From Candidatus Kapaibacterium sp. (GTDB taxonomy: Bacteria; Bacteroidota; Ignavibacteria; Kapaibacteriales; UBA2268), in assembly GCA_937927515.1 (NCBI GenBank), contig CALBDO010000001.1:21773-85772 (forward strand): 64,000 nucleotides of DNA. The letters are read 5' to 3'. The notes beneath the pieces are model-generated. The model had not been told where the DNA came from. It ran no database searches and saw only the letters and a list, made by a program, of their open reading frames with translations. Both the position numbers and the translations under genes were made by a program. This document shows, in pieces, positions 30,847 to 41,934 of this stretch (position 1 is the first letter of the stretch; each line of letters begins with the position of its first letter).

Positions 30847-31836
30847 ATGAGTGGTGATTTTATTTCTACAATACGTGAAAAAGCCAAAGGTTTGAATTTT
30901 CGAATAGCTTATCCAGATTCGGAAGATGTACGAACATTGAAAACAGCGCGCTATATTTTCGATTACGGGCTTGGCAGGCCCGTCTTGGTTGGAAATTCAC
31001 AAGCAATTCACAACTTAGCTGAAAAAGAAGCCATCAGCTTAGAAAATATTGAAATACTCGAACCTACTAATTCCGAGAGATACGAAGATTTTGCACAAAA
31101 ACTTTATGAAAAACGCAAATCAAAAGGAATGACACTCGACCAAGCTAGGTCCCTCGTAGCTCAGCCAATATATTTTGCCGGCATGCTGTTAGATTCTAAC
31201 GAGGTCGAAGTTGTCGTTGGTGGTAATGTTTCATCAACTGGAGACATAATTCGCTCTGCTATTTATACTGTTGGCGTTGCCCCGGGTATCTCCATTGTTA
31301 GTAGCTATTTCATCATGGTATTTCCAGACAAGTTATTATGTTTTGCCGATTGTGCTGTCAATCCAGACCCCACTGCAGAGCAGCTTGCAGATATTGCGAT
31401 TACTTCAGCTAATAATTTCCGAGCGGTTACTGGACTTACACCTTATGTGGCTATGTTATCTTTTTCCACAAAAGGCAGTGCAACACATCCACATGTTGAT
31501 AAAGTAATTCAAGCAACGAAAATTGCCAAGGAGAAAGCCCCTGATTTGATGATTGATGGGGAGCTCCAAGCCGACGCAGCCCTGGTACCCTCTGTCGGTG
31601 AAAGAAAATGCAAAGGGTCGCAAGTGGCTGGAAAAGCAAATGTTTTGATATTTCCAGACCTCGACGCTGGCAATATTGGTTACAAACTTACCGAGAGATT
31701 GGCAGGCGCTTTGGCAGTTGGACCAATTGTTCAAGGTTTAAGCAAACCCTACTGCGACTTATCTCGAGGTTGCAGTGTAGAAGATATGATAAATGTTTCG
31801 TGCATTTGCTCTTTAATGGCTAAGGGCATGGTTTAA
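30847..31836 (+). CDS. pta: Phosphate acetyltransferase
   Basis: FADCAVNPDP, LSFSTKGS, DGELQADAA, FPDLDAGNIGYK, DLSRGCS. Confidence 0.97.
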   Translation: MSGDFISTIREKAKGLNFRIAYPDSEDVRTLKTARYIFDYGLGRPVLVGNSQAIHNLAEKEAISLENIEILEPTNSERYEDFAQKLYEKRKSKGMTLDQARSLVAQPIYFAGMLLDSNEVEVVVGGNVSSTGDIIRSAIYTVGVAPGISIVSSYFIMVFPDKLLCFADCAVNPDPTAEQLADIAITSANNFRAVTGLTPYVAMLSFSTKGSATHPHVDKVIQATKIAKEKAPDLMIDGELQADAALVPSVGERKCKGSQVAGKANVLIFPDLDAGNIGYKLTERLAGALAVGPIVQGLSKPYCDLSRGCSVEDMINVSCICSLMAKGMV

Positions 31837-31945
31837 CTTAAGCCTTCAGGGGAATCTACATTTTAAGCAAAAAGCAAGATTTTTTGCAGATGATAAGTAT
31901 TTTTATTAAGCCTAAAATATTCTGGAGGTCAAAAAGGCAACGTAG

Positions 31946-32860
31946 TTATTGCGTATTTAATTTTGGTGCAAAATATTTTGCAATACCGTATCTTAAACCT
32001 TTGTCGCTAACTATAACAGAGTCGATTTGAAAATACTCGCAAAATGTCTCGAGAATGATTGTTCCTATGGTGATGACATCAGCTCGCAATCTTGGAACGT
32101 AAAGTCGACTTACAATTTCTTCAATACTCATCGAAAGAAACAAATTCTTTGCTTGTGTAATTTTATTAAGAGGAAGAGTATAATTGTCCACTTTGGTGCT
32201 ATCATAAACCTTCAAATTTTGTACAACAGCTGCAATAGTTGTGGGTGTTCCCGCCACGGCATAGATTCTACCTTGAACAACTTCTCGGCTAATTTTTTGG
32301 AAATGTTGAATTAGAAAATCTTTTACTTCATTAAGTGCTTTTTCATCTGGAGGATGACTTTTAACATATGTTTCAGTTAATTTTACAACACCAAAACCAA
32401 AAGATTTTCTAAATGAAATGTTACTATTCTCTCCTGCAATCAATTCCGTACTACCACCCCCAATATCAATGACAACAGAATAGCTCTCATCCTGAACAGT
32501 ACCAATAAAACTCAAAAAAGCCTCGAATTCCCCATCAATAGGCATCACAGAAATACCAACTTCATTCTCAATCCTCTGTATGACTAAATTGGAATTTTTA
32601 GCTTCTCGAATAGCAGAGGTCCCAACACACAGTACTTTCTCTACCTGATATTCAGTGATGTGTTTATTATATTCCTTCAAAATATCAATGGCACGTTCCA
32701 AAGCAATAGAAGAAATTTCTTTGGTTTGATTTAATCCTTCACCAAGCCTTGCAATTGCGTGAAAGTCTGCAATAGGATTAACCTCGCCAGAGATATTAAC
32801 TTCGGCAATTAACATTAGTATAGTATTTGTCCCAAGGTCAATTGCTGCTACTCTCATCAT
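31946..32860 (-). CDS. ppx: Ppx/GppA family exopolyphosphatase (short form)
   Basis: AAIDLGTNT, RLGEG, TSAIREA, DIGGGSTE, GLRYG. Confidence 0.9.
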   Translation of the reverse strand: MMRVAAIDLGTNTILMLIAEVNISGEVNPIADFHAIARLGEGLNQTKEISSIALERAIDILKEYNKHITEYQVEKVLCVGTSAIREAKNSNLVIQRIENEVGISVMPIDGEFEAFLSFIGTVQDESYSVVIDIGGGSTELIAGENSNISFRKSFGFGVVKLTETYVKSHPPDEKALNEVKDFLIQHFQKISREVVQGRIYAVAGTPTTIAAVVQNLKVYDSTKVDNYTLPLNKITQAKNLFLSMSIEEIVSRLYVPRLRADVITIGTIILETFCEYFQIDSVIVSDKGLRYGIAKYFAPKLNTQ

Positions 32861-33713
32861 TAGCCCTAGGAATCAATACAGCTCCAAACCATTCTTCCTC
32901 TTTCAAAACTTCAATTAAAGTAAAGTTGTTCTTTACGCAATCAAATTCAAAGTCGTCAAAATCATAAATTAAAACTCCACTGACGATGACGATACCGTTA
33001 GACATTTCTACAGAATTATAAAACTTCTTCAAATTTCGAACAATTATGTCATAATTCAAATTGGCCAGTATGCCATCTGCAATTGGAAGTTCTGGCAACG
33101 TATCGATATCCATTTCAATCAAATCGATACCAGAGGAAATGTTGTTATTTTTAATATTCTCCGTAGCATTTTCTATAGCCCAAGAGCTATTGTCTATTGC
33201 AAGAACCTCTCTCGCCCCGAGCTTCCTTGCAAGTATTGCCAAAATCCCAGTGCCAGTTCCAACATCAATCCAAAAACTACCCGGTTGAACAAATTTTTCT
33301 GCCAATTTTATCATTATTCGAGTTGAAGCATGATGTCCAGTACCGAATGACATTTTTGGGTCGATAACCAACTCAATTTGTTTCCCCGTTGTACCTAATT
33401 TATTAAAAGGAACGACAGCAACTTTTTTGCTAACAATAACTGGCATCAAATTTTTTTCCCACTCCTCATTCCAATTTCTATCCTCTATAGTTTCGATTTT
33501 TCTAATTGATGCATTAGGGTCCACAAGTTTAACTGATTCCACAAAGAATTCATAATCAACAGCTTTCCAATCCCCTTCTTTGAATGTAACTATAAATGTG
33601 TCATTTTTTTCTTCTATTCCTTGGATAGGGAAGTTGCACAATATTCCAACTATATTGTCGGAATATTCTTCCTTACTTTCAATTGTTACAAAGACATACT
33701 TTTCAATTTGCAT
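32838..33713 (-). CDS. prmA: Ribosomal protein L11 methyltransferase
   Basis: NWNEEW, IDPKMSFGTGHHAST, DVGTGTGILAI, SGVL. Confidence 0.93.
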   Translation of the reverse strand: MQIEKYVFVTIESKEEYSDNIVGILCNFPIQGIEEKNDTFIVTFKEGDWKAVDYEFFVESVKLVDPNASIRKIETIEDRNWNEEWEKNLMPVIVSKKVAVVPFNKLGTTGKQIELVIDPKMSFGTGHHASTRIMIKLAEKFVQPGSFWIDVGTGTGILAILARKLGAREVLAIDNSSWAIENATENIKNNNISSGIDLIEMDIDTLPELPIADGILANLNYDIIVRNLKKFYNSVEMSNGIVIVSGVLIYDFDDFEFDCVKNNFTLIEVLKEEEWFGAVLIPRANDESSSN

Positions 33714-33714
33714 T

Positions 33715-35787
33715 TTAAACTTTGTTAAACTCTTTTATGAAATATTCAAAATTAGTAATAGGTTTGCTACAAGAAAAATTATTGCAGAAATAAATTGTCG
33801 TTTTATTTTCAATTGGCTTATAATCTTTCCAATAAACAAATTCACAATCGAGCGTCCCTTTAGGATTGTAAAAAACAACAAAAATTGATGGATTAAAATT
33901 CTCTGCAAAAAATTTTCTACATTTTTGATAAAATGTATCGTCGGGGTCTTCCCAAATGATAATGATTTCAGAAGTGTGAAGAAAATTATCGACAAAAGCG
34001 TAATTAAAGAAATTATATCCTAAAGGATTATCAAGACAAAATTTTGCATAAGTAAGTTCCAGTTGGTCAGAAATTTCTTTAAAACGTTTATCGGAGGTTA
34101 TCAAATAAAATTTTTGTAAGATATAATACATCATCGAATTACCAGAGGGAATAGAACCATCAAAAAACTCAACTGGAATTATTGGAAGTTCATTATTGGA
34201 AATTCTGGTAAATTTAAAAGCTTTTTCATTAGGGTCCCAGAACAATTCAATTGCTTTATTTAGTAGTTGATATGCAAGTTTTAAACAGTGATAATTGTGT
34301 GTTTTATTAAAAATTTCATAAAAAGCAAAAATTGAGAATGCATAATCATCCAAAAAGCCATCAATTCTACTTTCTCCATCAACGAACATATGAAAAATTG
34401 TACCATCGGATTTGGAAAGAATATGCAAGAAAAAATCAACATAGTTGTGCAAAATTTCTAGCGCTTCCTTGGAATTTGTAATTGAATAATAATTTGCAAG
34501 CCCAGCTATCATCAACCCATTCCAATCGGTAAGAATTTTTTTATCTTTAAATGGTTTGCTCCTTTTCTCACGATATTTGAATAAATGATTACGCCATTTT
34601 GTCAAATTTTCGATAAGTTGGTCCACCGGTATTTGTTCCCTAACAGAAATCTCTTCTAAAGAAGTTGACATATATAAAAGGTTCTTGTTTTGAGCATGAC
34701 CAAAAGGGTCGTCGAAATTCCCCAATGGAGAAACTGAATAAATTTTCTTAAAAATATCAAAATCATCTCTAATTAAAGTTTCCAACTCATCATAATCAAA
34801 TAGATAAAATTTGCCTTCGACCCCTTCACTATCAGCATCCTCACTCGAATAGAAAGCTTTCTTATCGTACAGTAGTTCACGAAAAGAGTACTCGACTATC
34901 TCATCTGCCACTTTTCGAAAAAATTCATTTCTTGTAACCTTATAAGCTTGTGAATATGTATATAGCAACAATCCTTGGTCGTACAGCATTTTTTCGAAAT
35001 GGGGCAAAACCCAACGACTATCGGTCGAGTATCTATGAAAGCCAAAACCTATGTGGTCGAAAATGCCGCCCAGTCGCATTTTCTTCAAAGTATGTTCAAC
35101 CATTTCAATAGAATTTTCCTGCCTATGCAACAAATAATAATTGATTAAGAAAAGTAAATTGTGGGGAGTTGGGAACTTTGGAGCAGAGCCAAAGCCACCA
35201 TTAATTTTGTCAAATGTAAGTTCTAAACTTTTAAACGCTTCGTTAATTAAAAACTTATCAAGAACTTTACCTTCATAGGTGTTATTACTTTGCAAAAGAT
35301 ACTCTAAAAGATTTTTTGTAGAATTCTCAACATCTTCTCTTCGTGTTTTCCATACCCTTTCCACATTACGTGCCAAGTCAACTAGACCTATCCGATTGAT
35401 ATAAGAGTACTTTGGGAAATAAGTACCTGCAAAAAATGGCTTTTTATCTGGTGTCATTATAATTGTCAAGGGCCATCCTCCATTACCTGTCATCATTTGA
35501 CAAACCTTCATGTAAAATGCATCTATATCTGGCCTTTCTTCTCGGTCTACTTTAATGCAAACAAACACTTCGTTTAAAATTTCTGATACTTCTGGGTCGT
35601 TAAAACTTTCCTGTTCCATAACGTGGCACCAATGGCATGTGGAATACCCTATAGAGAGAAAGATAGGTTTATCAAGCTCCTTGGCTTTATTAAAAGCCTC
35701 TTCGGACCAAGGATACCAATCAACAGGATTAAACGCATGTTGAAGCAAATACGGGCTTTTTTCATTAATCAACCTATTAGGTTTCAT
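33715..35787 (-). CDS. YyaL/SSP411 family thioredoxin-domain protein
   Basis: [47 protein letters not shown]. Confidence 0.93.
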   Translation of the reverse strand: MKPNRLINEKSPYLLQHAFNPVDWYPWSEEAFNKAKELDKPIFLSIGYSTCHWCHVMEQESFNDPEVSEILNEVFVCIKVDREERPDIDAFYMKVCQMMTGNGGWPLTIIMTPDKKPFFAGTYFPKYSYINRIGLVDLARNVERVWKTRREDVENSTKNLLEYLLQSNNTYEGKVLDKFLINEAFKSLELTFDKINGGFGSAPKFPTPHNLLFLINYYLLHRQENSIEMVEHTLKKMRLGGIFDHIGFGFHRYSTDSRWVLPHFEKMLYDQGLLLYTYSQAYKVTRNEFFRKVADEIVEYSFRELLYDKKAFYSSEDADSEGVEGKFYLFDYDELETLIRDDFDIFKKIYSVSPLGNFDDPFGHAQNKNLLYMSTSLEEISVREQIPVDQLIENLTKWRNHLFKYREKRSKPFKDKKILTDWNGLMIAGLANYYSITNSKEALEILHNYVDFFLHILSKSDGTIFHMFVDGESRIDGFLDDYAFSIFAFYEIFNKTHNYHCLKLAYQLLNKAIELFWDPNEKAFKFTRISNNELPIIPVEFFDGSIPSGNSMMYYILQKFYLITSDKRFKEISDQLELTYAKFCLDNPLGYNFFNYAFVDNFLHTSEIIIIWEDPDDTFYQKCRKFFAENFNPSIFVVFYNPKGTLDCEFVYWKDYKPIENKTTIYFCNNFSCSKPITNFEYFIKEFNKV

Positions 35788-36736
35788 TGGAATTCCTTAA
35801 GATGTGGTAATAGTTTTTGAGAAATCCCAGATATTTACTTCTTCTAATGGGGGAGTTTTTAGTGAATTCCATAAATTTCTCATAGGATAAGTTTTTTATG
35901 AACTCTTCTTTTATGTTAGTCCCAAAACGAAAGGGATAAAATTGTTTATCAGAAGATATTCTGGCTTTTTTGTTCCACGGGCACACTTCTTGACAAATAT
36001 CGCAGCCAAAAATCCAACCTTTCAAATCTATTTCATCTGGGATATTTTCATCTATTCTTTTTTCAATTGTCCAGAATGAAATACATCTACGAGAATCAAT
36101 TACTTTTGGTTTAACTATGGCTTTTGTTGGACAAGCATCAATGCATCGGGTACAACTACCACAATGTTCCTTAATGGCAAGGTCAGGCTCAAAATCAATA
36201 TTAGTTAATAAAACTCCAATAAAAAAATAAGAACCTAATTCCTTGGACAGAACAAGACTGTTTTTCCCCTGCCATCCAATGCCAGATAACACTGCCCACT
36301 GCTTTTCCAATACTGGACCAGTATCGATATAAATTTTATATTTTAAGTCAGTTACATAACCTTTTATCATATTTATAACTTGTTTAATTTTTTTAAACAT
36401 AACTTTATGATAATCATTTCCCCACGCATACCGCGAAACCTTGAAATTATCACTGTCGTGTGAAGTGTTCGTAAAATAAGAATGTGCAAAGACTATTACA
36501 GACCTAACATCAGGCATAATTAATTTGATGTCTCTACGTTTGTCTAAATTCTTCTCTAAATAAGACATTGAGGCATTGTATCCCAATGATAACCAATTGA
36601 CTAAATTATTAAATTCATGATGTAACTCTACAGGCTTCGTAAATCCAACTTTCTCAAATCCAATGAGATAGGAAAACGTTTTAATAATATCTTTTAATAT
36701 AATTGAATTATCGTAACGTTTTAAGTAAAATTCCAT
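35777..36736 (-). CDS. queG: Epoxyqueuosine reductase
   Basis: [49 protein letters not shown]. Confidence 0.95.
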   Translation of the reverse strand: MEFYLKRYDNSIILKDIIKTFSYLIGFEKVGFTKPVELHHEFNNLVNWLSLGYNASMSYLEKNLDKRRDIKLIMPDVRSVIVFAHSYFTNTSHDSDNFKVSRYAWGNDYHKVMFKKIKQVINMIKGYVTDLKYKIYIDTGPVLEKQWAVLSGIGWQGKNSLVLSKELGSYFFIGVLLTNIDFEPDLAIKEHCGSCTRCIDACPTKAIVKPKVIDSRRCISFWTIEKRIDENIPDEIDLKGWIFGCDICQEVCPWNKKARISSDKQFYPFRFGTNIKEEFIKNLSYEKFMEFTKNSPIRRSKYLGFLKNYYHILRNSNET

Positions 36737-37149
36737 TTGGGGTCGCCTAAGTTATCCACGTTAATGTAAATTATTCCACCCACAACAAGAACATCTAAAA
36801 AGTGTAATTTACTAACAGAAAGTTTATTGTTAACGGAGCCGCCAGTATTTAAATCGAATGACCAACCATGTTCTGGGCAAACAATACAATCATCTTTAAC
36901 ATATCCTAAATGAAGAGATGGTCTATGTTGGTGTGGACAACTATTTTCGAATGCCAGTACTTTATCCTTAAACAAAAGAACAACAAAATTTCTGTTTAGA
37001 TTATCAAATTCTACGGCTATTGAAAGTGGTTGAAATTTATTTAGTTTATCTAATTCTAAAAGGGGGAGATATTTTTTCCCGTTAAATTCAGACAGCTTGG
37101 AGTTTTCTTCAGTACAAAACGACTTTTTCACGGACGTAATATTTTCCAT
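36721..37149 (-). CDS. Rieske (2Fe-2S) ferredoxin-like protein
   Basis: CPHQ ... CPEHGWSFDLNTG; ATG 37149 preferred. Confidence 0.85.
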   Translation of the reverse strand: MENITSVKKSFCTEENSKLSEFNGKKYLPLLELDKLNKFQPLSIAVEFDNLNRNFVVLLFKDKVLAFENSCPHQHRPSLHLGYVKDDCIVCPEHGWSFDLNTGGSVNNKLSVSKLHFLDVLVVGGIIYINVDNLGDPKWNFT

Positions 37150-37966
37150 CTTTAAACCCAATTCTACCAGCTGGCAGGAACGCATCGTGTTCGAATATTA
37201 TTACCCAATCCTCTTCAATTGCTTGTGAAAGTATTTCCTTTTTCTCTTTTAATGTGGTAAGTGGAAAATTGTCAAATGCAAGTATATATGGTAGATTTAA
37301 ATGCGCAGAAGTAGGAATCAAATCGGCAGCAAAATAATAAATTTGGCTTCCAAGATTTACTTTCACAGTTTGCATTGCAGGAGTGTGTCCAAACATAGGT
37401 ATAATTTCGATGAAATCAGCAAATGTAGTTTTACCTTCGAGAAATGTCACCTTACCATTTTCAAATAAAGGTACAAAATCATCTTTAATAAAGGAGCCAG
37501 CATCTTTTTCAGTTGGAGTCATTGCCCAGTCCCACTGCTCCTTTTGAACGAAATACTTTGCGTTTGGGAAAGATGGAACTATATTTCCCTCTATCCTAAT
37601 AGTAGAGCCGCCACAGTGGTCGAAATGCAAGTGGGTTAAAATTACATCGGTAATTTCATCGGGTTTTAAATTGATTTTAGTTAATACATTGGAAATATCA
37701 CTCTTATCAATATCTATTTTATAAATTTTTTGAAGTTTCTCGTTGTATTTAGTACCATTCCCAGTGTCAACTAAAATTTTCCTGTTATCGAATTCAATGT
37801 ACAAGACTCTTGCTGAAAGAGGAATACGATTTTCTTCATCAGGCTCTGTGTATGTTTTTGCCCACAAGGCTTTTGGGACGACACCAAACATAGAACCACC
37901 GTCCAAACCAAATACGCCTGTTTCAAGTGTTTTTAAAATTACATTAGACATAATTATATTTTCCAT
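37109..37966 (-). CDS. MBL-fold metallo-hydrolase (YtnP-like)
   Basis: LDGGSMFGVVPKALW, THLHFDHCGG, GHT, ADL, FEHD. Confidence 0.9.
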   Translation of the reverse strand: MENIIMSNVILKTLETGVFGLDGGSMFGVVPKALWAKTYTEPDEENRIPLSARVLYIEFDNRKILVDTGNGTKYNEKLQKIYKIDIDKSDISNVLTKINLKPDEITDVILTHLHFDHCGGSTIRIEGNIVPSFPNAKYFVQKEQWDWAMTPTEKDAGSFIKDDFVPLFENGKVTFLEGKTTFADFIEIIPMFGHTPAMQTVKVNLGSQIYYFAADLIPTSAHLNLPYILAFDNFPLTTLKEKKEILSQAIEEDWVIIFEHDAFLPAGRIGFKDGKYYVREKVVLY

Positions 37967-37969
37967 ATT

Positions 37970-38524
37970 TTAACTCCTCCACTTAATACTACACCCAAGT
38001 GATGGTTTTTGAGGGAAATCAATAGATTTATTAGCTATTAAATATTCTATTGCCAGCTTTAAATCTGTTCCTGTTACAGGTATGTCGTTTCCGGGTCGAG
38101 AGTCATCGAATTGACCGCGATACACTAATTTCATATCTTTGTCATACAAGAAAAAGTCGGGAGTACAGGTTGCTCCAAAAGCTTTGGCAACCTCTTGAGT
38201 TTCGTCCAAAAGGTACGGAAAATGATATCCATATTTTTGTGCATATTCGACCATTTTCTCGGGGCTATCTTCTGGATAACGAGAATAATCATTAGGATTG
38301 ATTGCAACGATGTTTATCTTGTCCAAATATTTGTTTGTTATTTCAACTAATTTTTCAATTATGTGTTTAACATAAGGACAGTGATTGCACAAAAATATTA
38401 TAAGCGTGGGCTTTCCGTTGTATAACTTTTCTGATGAAAATTCATTTCCAGTTATTACATCAAGTAATCTAAATGTAGGCAAATTACTTCCAAGTGGAAC
38501 CATTTTAGACTCTGTTGCAGCCAT
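37970..38524 (-). CDS. Thioredoxin/AhpC-TSA family redoxin
   Basis: CNHCPYV, CTPDFF, YRGQFDDSRP, PSLGCSIKW; GGAGG SD. Confidence 0.9.
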   Translation of the reverse strand: MAATESKMVPLGSNLPTFRLLDVITGNEFSSEKLYNGKPTLIIFLCNHCPYVKHIIEKLVEITNKYLDKINIVAINPNDYSRYPEDSPEKMVEYAQKYGYHFPYLLDETQEVAKAFGATCTPDFFLYDKDMKLVYRGQFDDSRPGNDIPVTGTDLKLAIEYLIANKSIDFPQKPSLGCSIKWRS

Positions 38525-38589
38525 AATACCTCCGAAAAAAAAATTAGGGACGTTTAATAATTGATTTAATTTTATCTAAAAATGGAGGA

Positions 38590-39702
38590 TTAAATATTAA
38601 AAAACTCGATAATTTTTTTAGCGGCTCTTTCACTTGCACCACTGTTTCCTAAAAGACTTCTAATCTTTGTAGAAATTTTTTGATATTCTTCGTAGGTTCC
38701 TATATTGTTTATAATCTCCTTGACAGATTGCAGAATCGCTTTTGGATGGGCTTTGTTTTGAATGAACTCTGGAATAAGTCTAGTACCTAATAAGATATTT
38801 ACAATTGAAATTTTATCTATGTTAATAAGTCTTCTTGCAAGTTGATACGTTATAAAAGATGTTTTATAAAACGTTACAAAAGGAATACCAAGCAACGCAG
38901 CTTCTAAATTAGATGTACCAGACTTAATAATACCAACTTTACTTTTAGTCAGAACTTCATATGAGTTGTTTGAGAGAATTACATTGGGTAAATTTGATAA
39001 ATCCTTTAAATACATTTTATTATGCACATCTAAGAGGGGTATTTGAACAACAAAATCTGGCATTTGTTTTTTTATTTCATCAATTAAACTCTTTGTTAAT
39101 AATTTGTGATGTTTCAACTCAGATTTCCTCGAACCTGGAAGGTATGCAATTGAATTTTCTCTCTCATTAAAACTTGGAATTCGTTCTTGAAAAATCGCTT
39201 CGTCGAGCAAAGGATGTCCTACAAATTCCACGTTTTTAATATAAGCAGAAAAAAAATCCACTTCAAAAGGAAAAACAACTAGTAAAAGGTCTATGTATTT
39301 TTGTAGCTTGTGAATCCTGCCTTCACCCCAAGCCCACAACTGAGGTGCGATGTAGTAGCACACTGGAATTCTATACTTTTTTGCAATTTCAGCAATTCGA
39401 ATATTAAAACCCGGAAAGTCGACAAGGATAACCAAATCGATTTTATTAATTTTGAACAATCTCTCACACTCAAATAAAGTTCTCCGAAAGAAAGTAATGT
39501 TTTTTAGAACCTCCCAAAAACCAACAACTGAGAAGTTTTCCAAAGGAACTAAGCTCTGCAAACCCTCGCTTTCCATCGTTTTTCCACCTATACCAACAAA
39601 ACTTACGCCAGATTTAAGTTTTTTTAAATGGAACATTAATTTGGAAGCGTGGATATCGCCAGACCTCTCTCCGGCAATTATGAAAACTGTTGGGTTTTTC
39701 AT
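38590..39702 (-). CDS. lpxB: Lipid-A-disaccharide synthase
   Basis: AGERSGD, DFPGFN, PQLWAW, FVGHPL, LPGSRKSE, SGTSNLE. Confidence 0.96.
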   Translation of the reverse strand: MKNPTVFIIAGERSGDIHASKLMFHLKKLKSGVSFVGIGGKTMESEGLQSLVPLENFSVVGFWEVLKNITFFRRTLFECERLFKINKIDLVILVDFPGFNIRIAEIAKKYRIPVCYYIAPQLWAWGEGRIHKLQKYIDLLLVVFPFEVDFFSAYIKNVEFVGHPLLDEAIFQERIPSFNERENSIAYLPGSRKSELKHHKLLTKSLIDEIKKQMPDFVVQIPLLDVHNKMYLKDLSNLPNVILSNNSYEVLTKSKVGIIKSGTSNLEAALLGIPFVTFYKTSFITYQLARRLINIDKISIVNILLGTRLIPEFIQNKAHPKAILQSVKEIINNIGTYEEYQKISTKIRSLLGNSGASERAAKKIIEFFNI

Positions 39703-39708
39703 TTAAAA

Positions 39709-41865
39709 CTACTTTGGAATTGAAAAAATTTTAAATTTACCTATTTTTCTTTCTTGTTCTATTCTTTCAAGGAAATAATGTTGAGCTGAAAATTCATCCT
39801 CATCCGATATGGGTTTCAATTTTTCATATTCTCCGTTTGATAGAAGACGCCAGGACTTTGTGTTGTCTGTCCAATACAATTCCAAAATTTTTATTAATTG
39901 CGCTTTGATTTTTGGGTCCTCTACTGGATACATTAATTCAATTCTTCGATGCAAATTTCTTGTCATCCAATCGGCACTCGAAAGATAGACTTCTGGATTT
40001 CCATTATTACCAAACATAAAAATTCTGCTATGTTCGAGAAAACGACCCAAAATACTTCGCACCTCTATATTCTCACTTAGTCCTTTTAACCCTGGAACAA
40101 GACAACAAATACCCCGAACGAGCAATTTTATTTGCACATTTTTCTGAGAAGCCTTATACAACTCTTTAATTACTTCTTCATGAGCCAAGGAATTCATTTT
40201 AACAAAAATTAAACCGGGATTATCCGGGGTGGAAAATTCCGCTTCTCGTTGTATCAATTCTACAATCCTTTGCTTTAGGTTAATTGGAGCAACAATAAAT
40301 TTTTTCCAATCAGTAAATTTGGAGTAACCAGTGAGCAAATTAAACAAATGTGTGGCGTCCCAAGCAAAATCTTCATTGGATGTGAATAGCCCAATATCGG
40401 TATAAATTCGTGCTGTAACAGAGTTGTAATTACCAGTGCTTAAATGTATATACTTTTTTAGTTCATTAGCTTCTTTTCGAATAACCAAAGCAATTTTACA
40501 ATGCGTTTTAAACCCAACAACACCGTAAATAACATTCACGCCTCTATTTTCGAGTTCTTTAGCCCAACCAATATTACTTTCTTCATCAAATCTAGCTTTC
40601 AATTCAACAAAAGCAACCACATCTTTGCCATTTTCAGCAGCTTTCATCAAGGCATCGACAATTGGAGCATTTTTACCGACACGGTAAAGAGTTATCTTTA
40701 TAGCCAAGACGTTTGGGTCTTCAGCGGCGCTTCGAATAAAACGAAGAACACTATTTGTAAATGAATCGTAAGGATGGTGCACTAATATATCTGAAGTGCT
40801 CAAGCACTCGAAAATACTTTTATTTGGGATTAATAATTCTGGAGGAATTCGCGTCTGAAAAGGCTTGTCTTTCAGTTCCCTCCTATCAATAGATAATAAT
40901 TCCATAAAATCCGGAAATTTAAGCGGTCTGTTTAATTTATAAACTTCTTCATCTGCAATTTTAAGGTGTTCTTGAAGAAATTTTACGAGACTTTCATCCA
41001 TACGAGTACTTACCTCAAGTCGAACAACAGCTGTACCCCAATGACGAAGCTTAATCTGTTCTGAAATCGCACTCAGCAAGTCTTCTGCTTCGTCCTCTGC
41101 TATTTCAATGTCTGCATCACGGGTAACACGAAACGAATTTGCAGAAATCACTTCGTAACCAGGAAAAAGCAAATCTCTATTAGCTTTGATAACTTGTTCA
41201 ATTAATACAAAATGATATTCTGAAGGATTTTTACCGGGCAATCGTACGAAACGTCTAACTTTATCAGATAGTTGAACAAAATTCTTCAACAGTGGGGAGC
41301 TGGGATTAGATTTATCTTTAAGGACAAAAATAATGTTCAGCGCACGATTTATTAAATTTGGAAATGGATGGGCTTGGTCAAGTATCCGGGGTGTCAGTAA
41401 AGGAAGTACTTCTTTGCAAAAGAATACTTTAAGATAATCTTTATCAGCCTCAGATAATTCTTTATATGAGTGTATAAATATACCCGAATTATTTAATTCA
41501 GGCATTATTTCATTTAAAAAAATTTCTTCGTGCAAATTGTACAGTTCCAAAACCTTTTTTCGAATTTCCTCTAACTGCTCTTTTGGGGTTAATCCATCCA
41601 TTGATAACTCAACTACTCCAGACTCTGCTTGCCTCTTTAAACCAGCAACACGAATCATAAAAAATTCATCCAGATTTGAACTGAAAATACTTAAGAATTT
41701 TAGTCTTTCAAGAAGAGGATGCCGTTTATCCCTTGCTTCCAGAAGAACCCTTTTATTAAATTCAAGAAAGCTAAGTTCACGATTGAAAAACATAGTTCTA
41801 ATTTTTGCTTTGTTAAAAAGCCCATCTTTTTTCACTTTTAATGAATCTTTATTCATTTTGTGCAT
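39709..41865 (-). CDS. ppk1: Polyphosphate kinase 1
   Basis: NRELSFLEFN, SNLDEFFMIRVAGL, HHPYDSF, ELKARFDE, KTHCK, GRFLEHSR, SADWMTRNL. Confidence 0.97.
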   Translation of the reverse strand: MHKMNKDSLKVKKDGLFNKAKIRTMFFNRELSFLEFNKRVLLEARDKRHPLLERLKFLSIFSSNLDEFFMIRVAGLKRQAESGVVELSMDGLTPKEQLEEIRKKVLELYNLHEEIFLNEIMPELNNSGIFIHSYKELSEADKDYLKVFFCKEVLPLLTPRILDQAHPFPNLINRALNIIFVLKDKSNPSSPLLKNFVQLSDKVRRFVRLPGKNPSEYHFVLIEQVIKANRDLLFPGYEVISANSFRVTRDADIEIAEDEAEDLLSAISEQIKLRHWGTAVVRLEVSTRMDESLVKFLQEHLKIADEEVYKLNRPLKFPDFMELLSIDRRELKDKPFQTRIPPELLIPNKSIFECLSTSDILVHHPYDSFTNSVLRFIRSAAEDPNVLAIKITLYRVGKNAPIVDALMKAAENGKDVVAFVELKARFDEESNIGWAKELENRGVNVIYGVVGFKTHCKIALVIRKEANELKKYIHLSTGNYNSVTARIYTDIGLFTSNEDFAWDATHLFNLLTGYSKFTDWKKFIVAPINLKQRIVELIQREAEFSTPDNPGLIFVKMNSLAHEEVIKELYKASQKNVQIKLLVRGICCLVPGLKGLSENIEVRSILGRFLEHSRIFMFGNNGNPEVYLSSADWMTRNLHRRIELMYPVEDPKIKAQLIKILELYWTDNTKSWRLLSNGEYEKLKPISDEDEFSAQHYFLERIEQERKIGKFKIFSIPK

Positions 41866-41934
41866 AATATCTTTTAATTTTTTTTTAAATTACAAAAAAT
41901 CTATATATTTTGTTTGACAAAGAGGTAAAACTTT

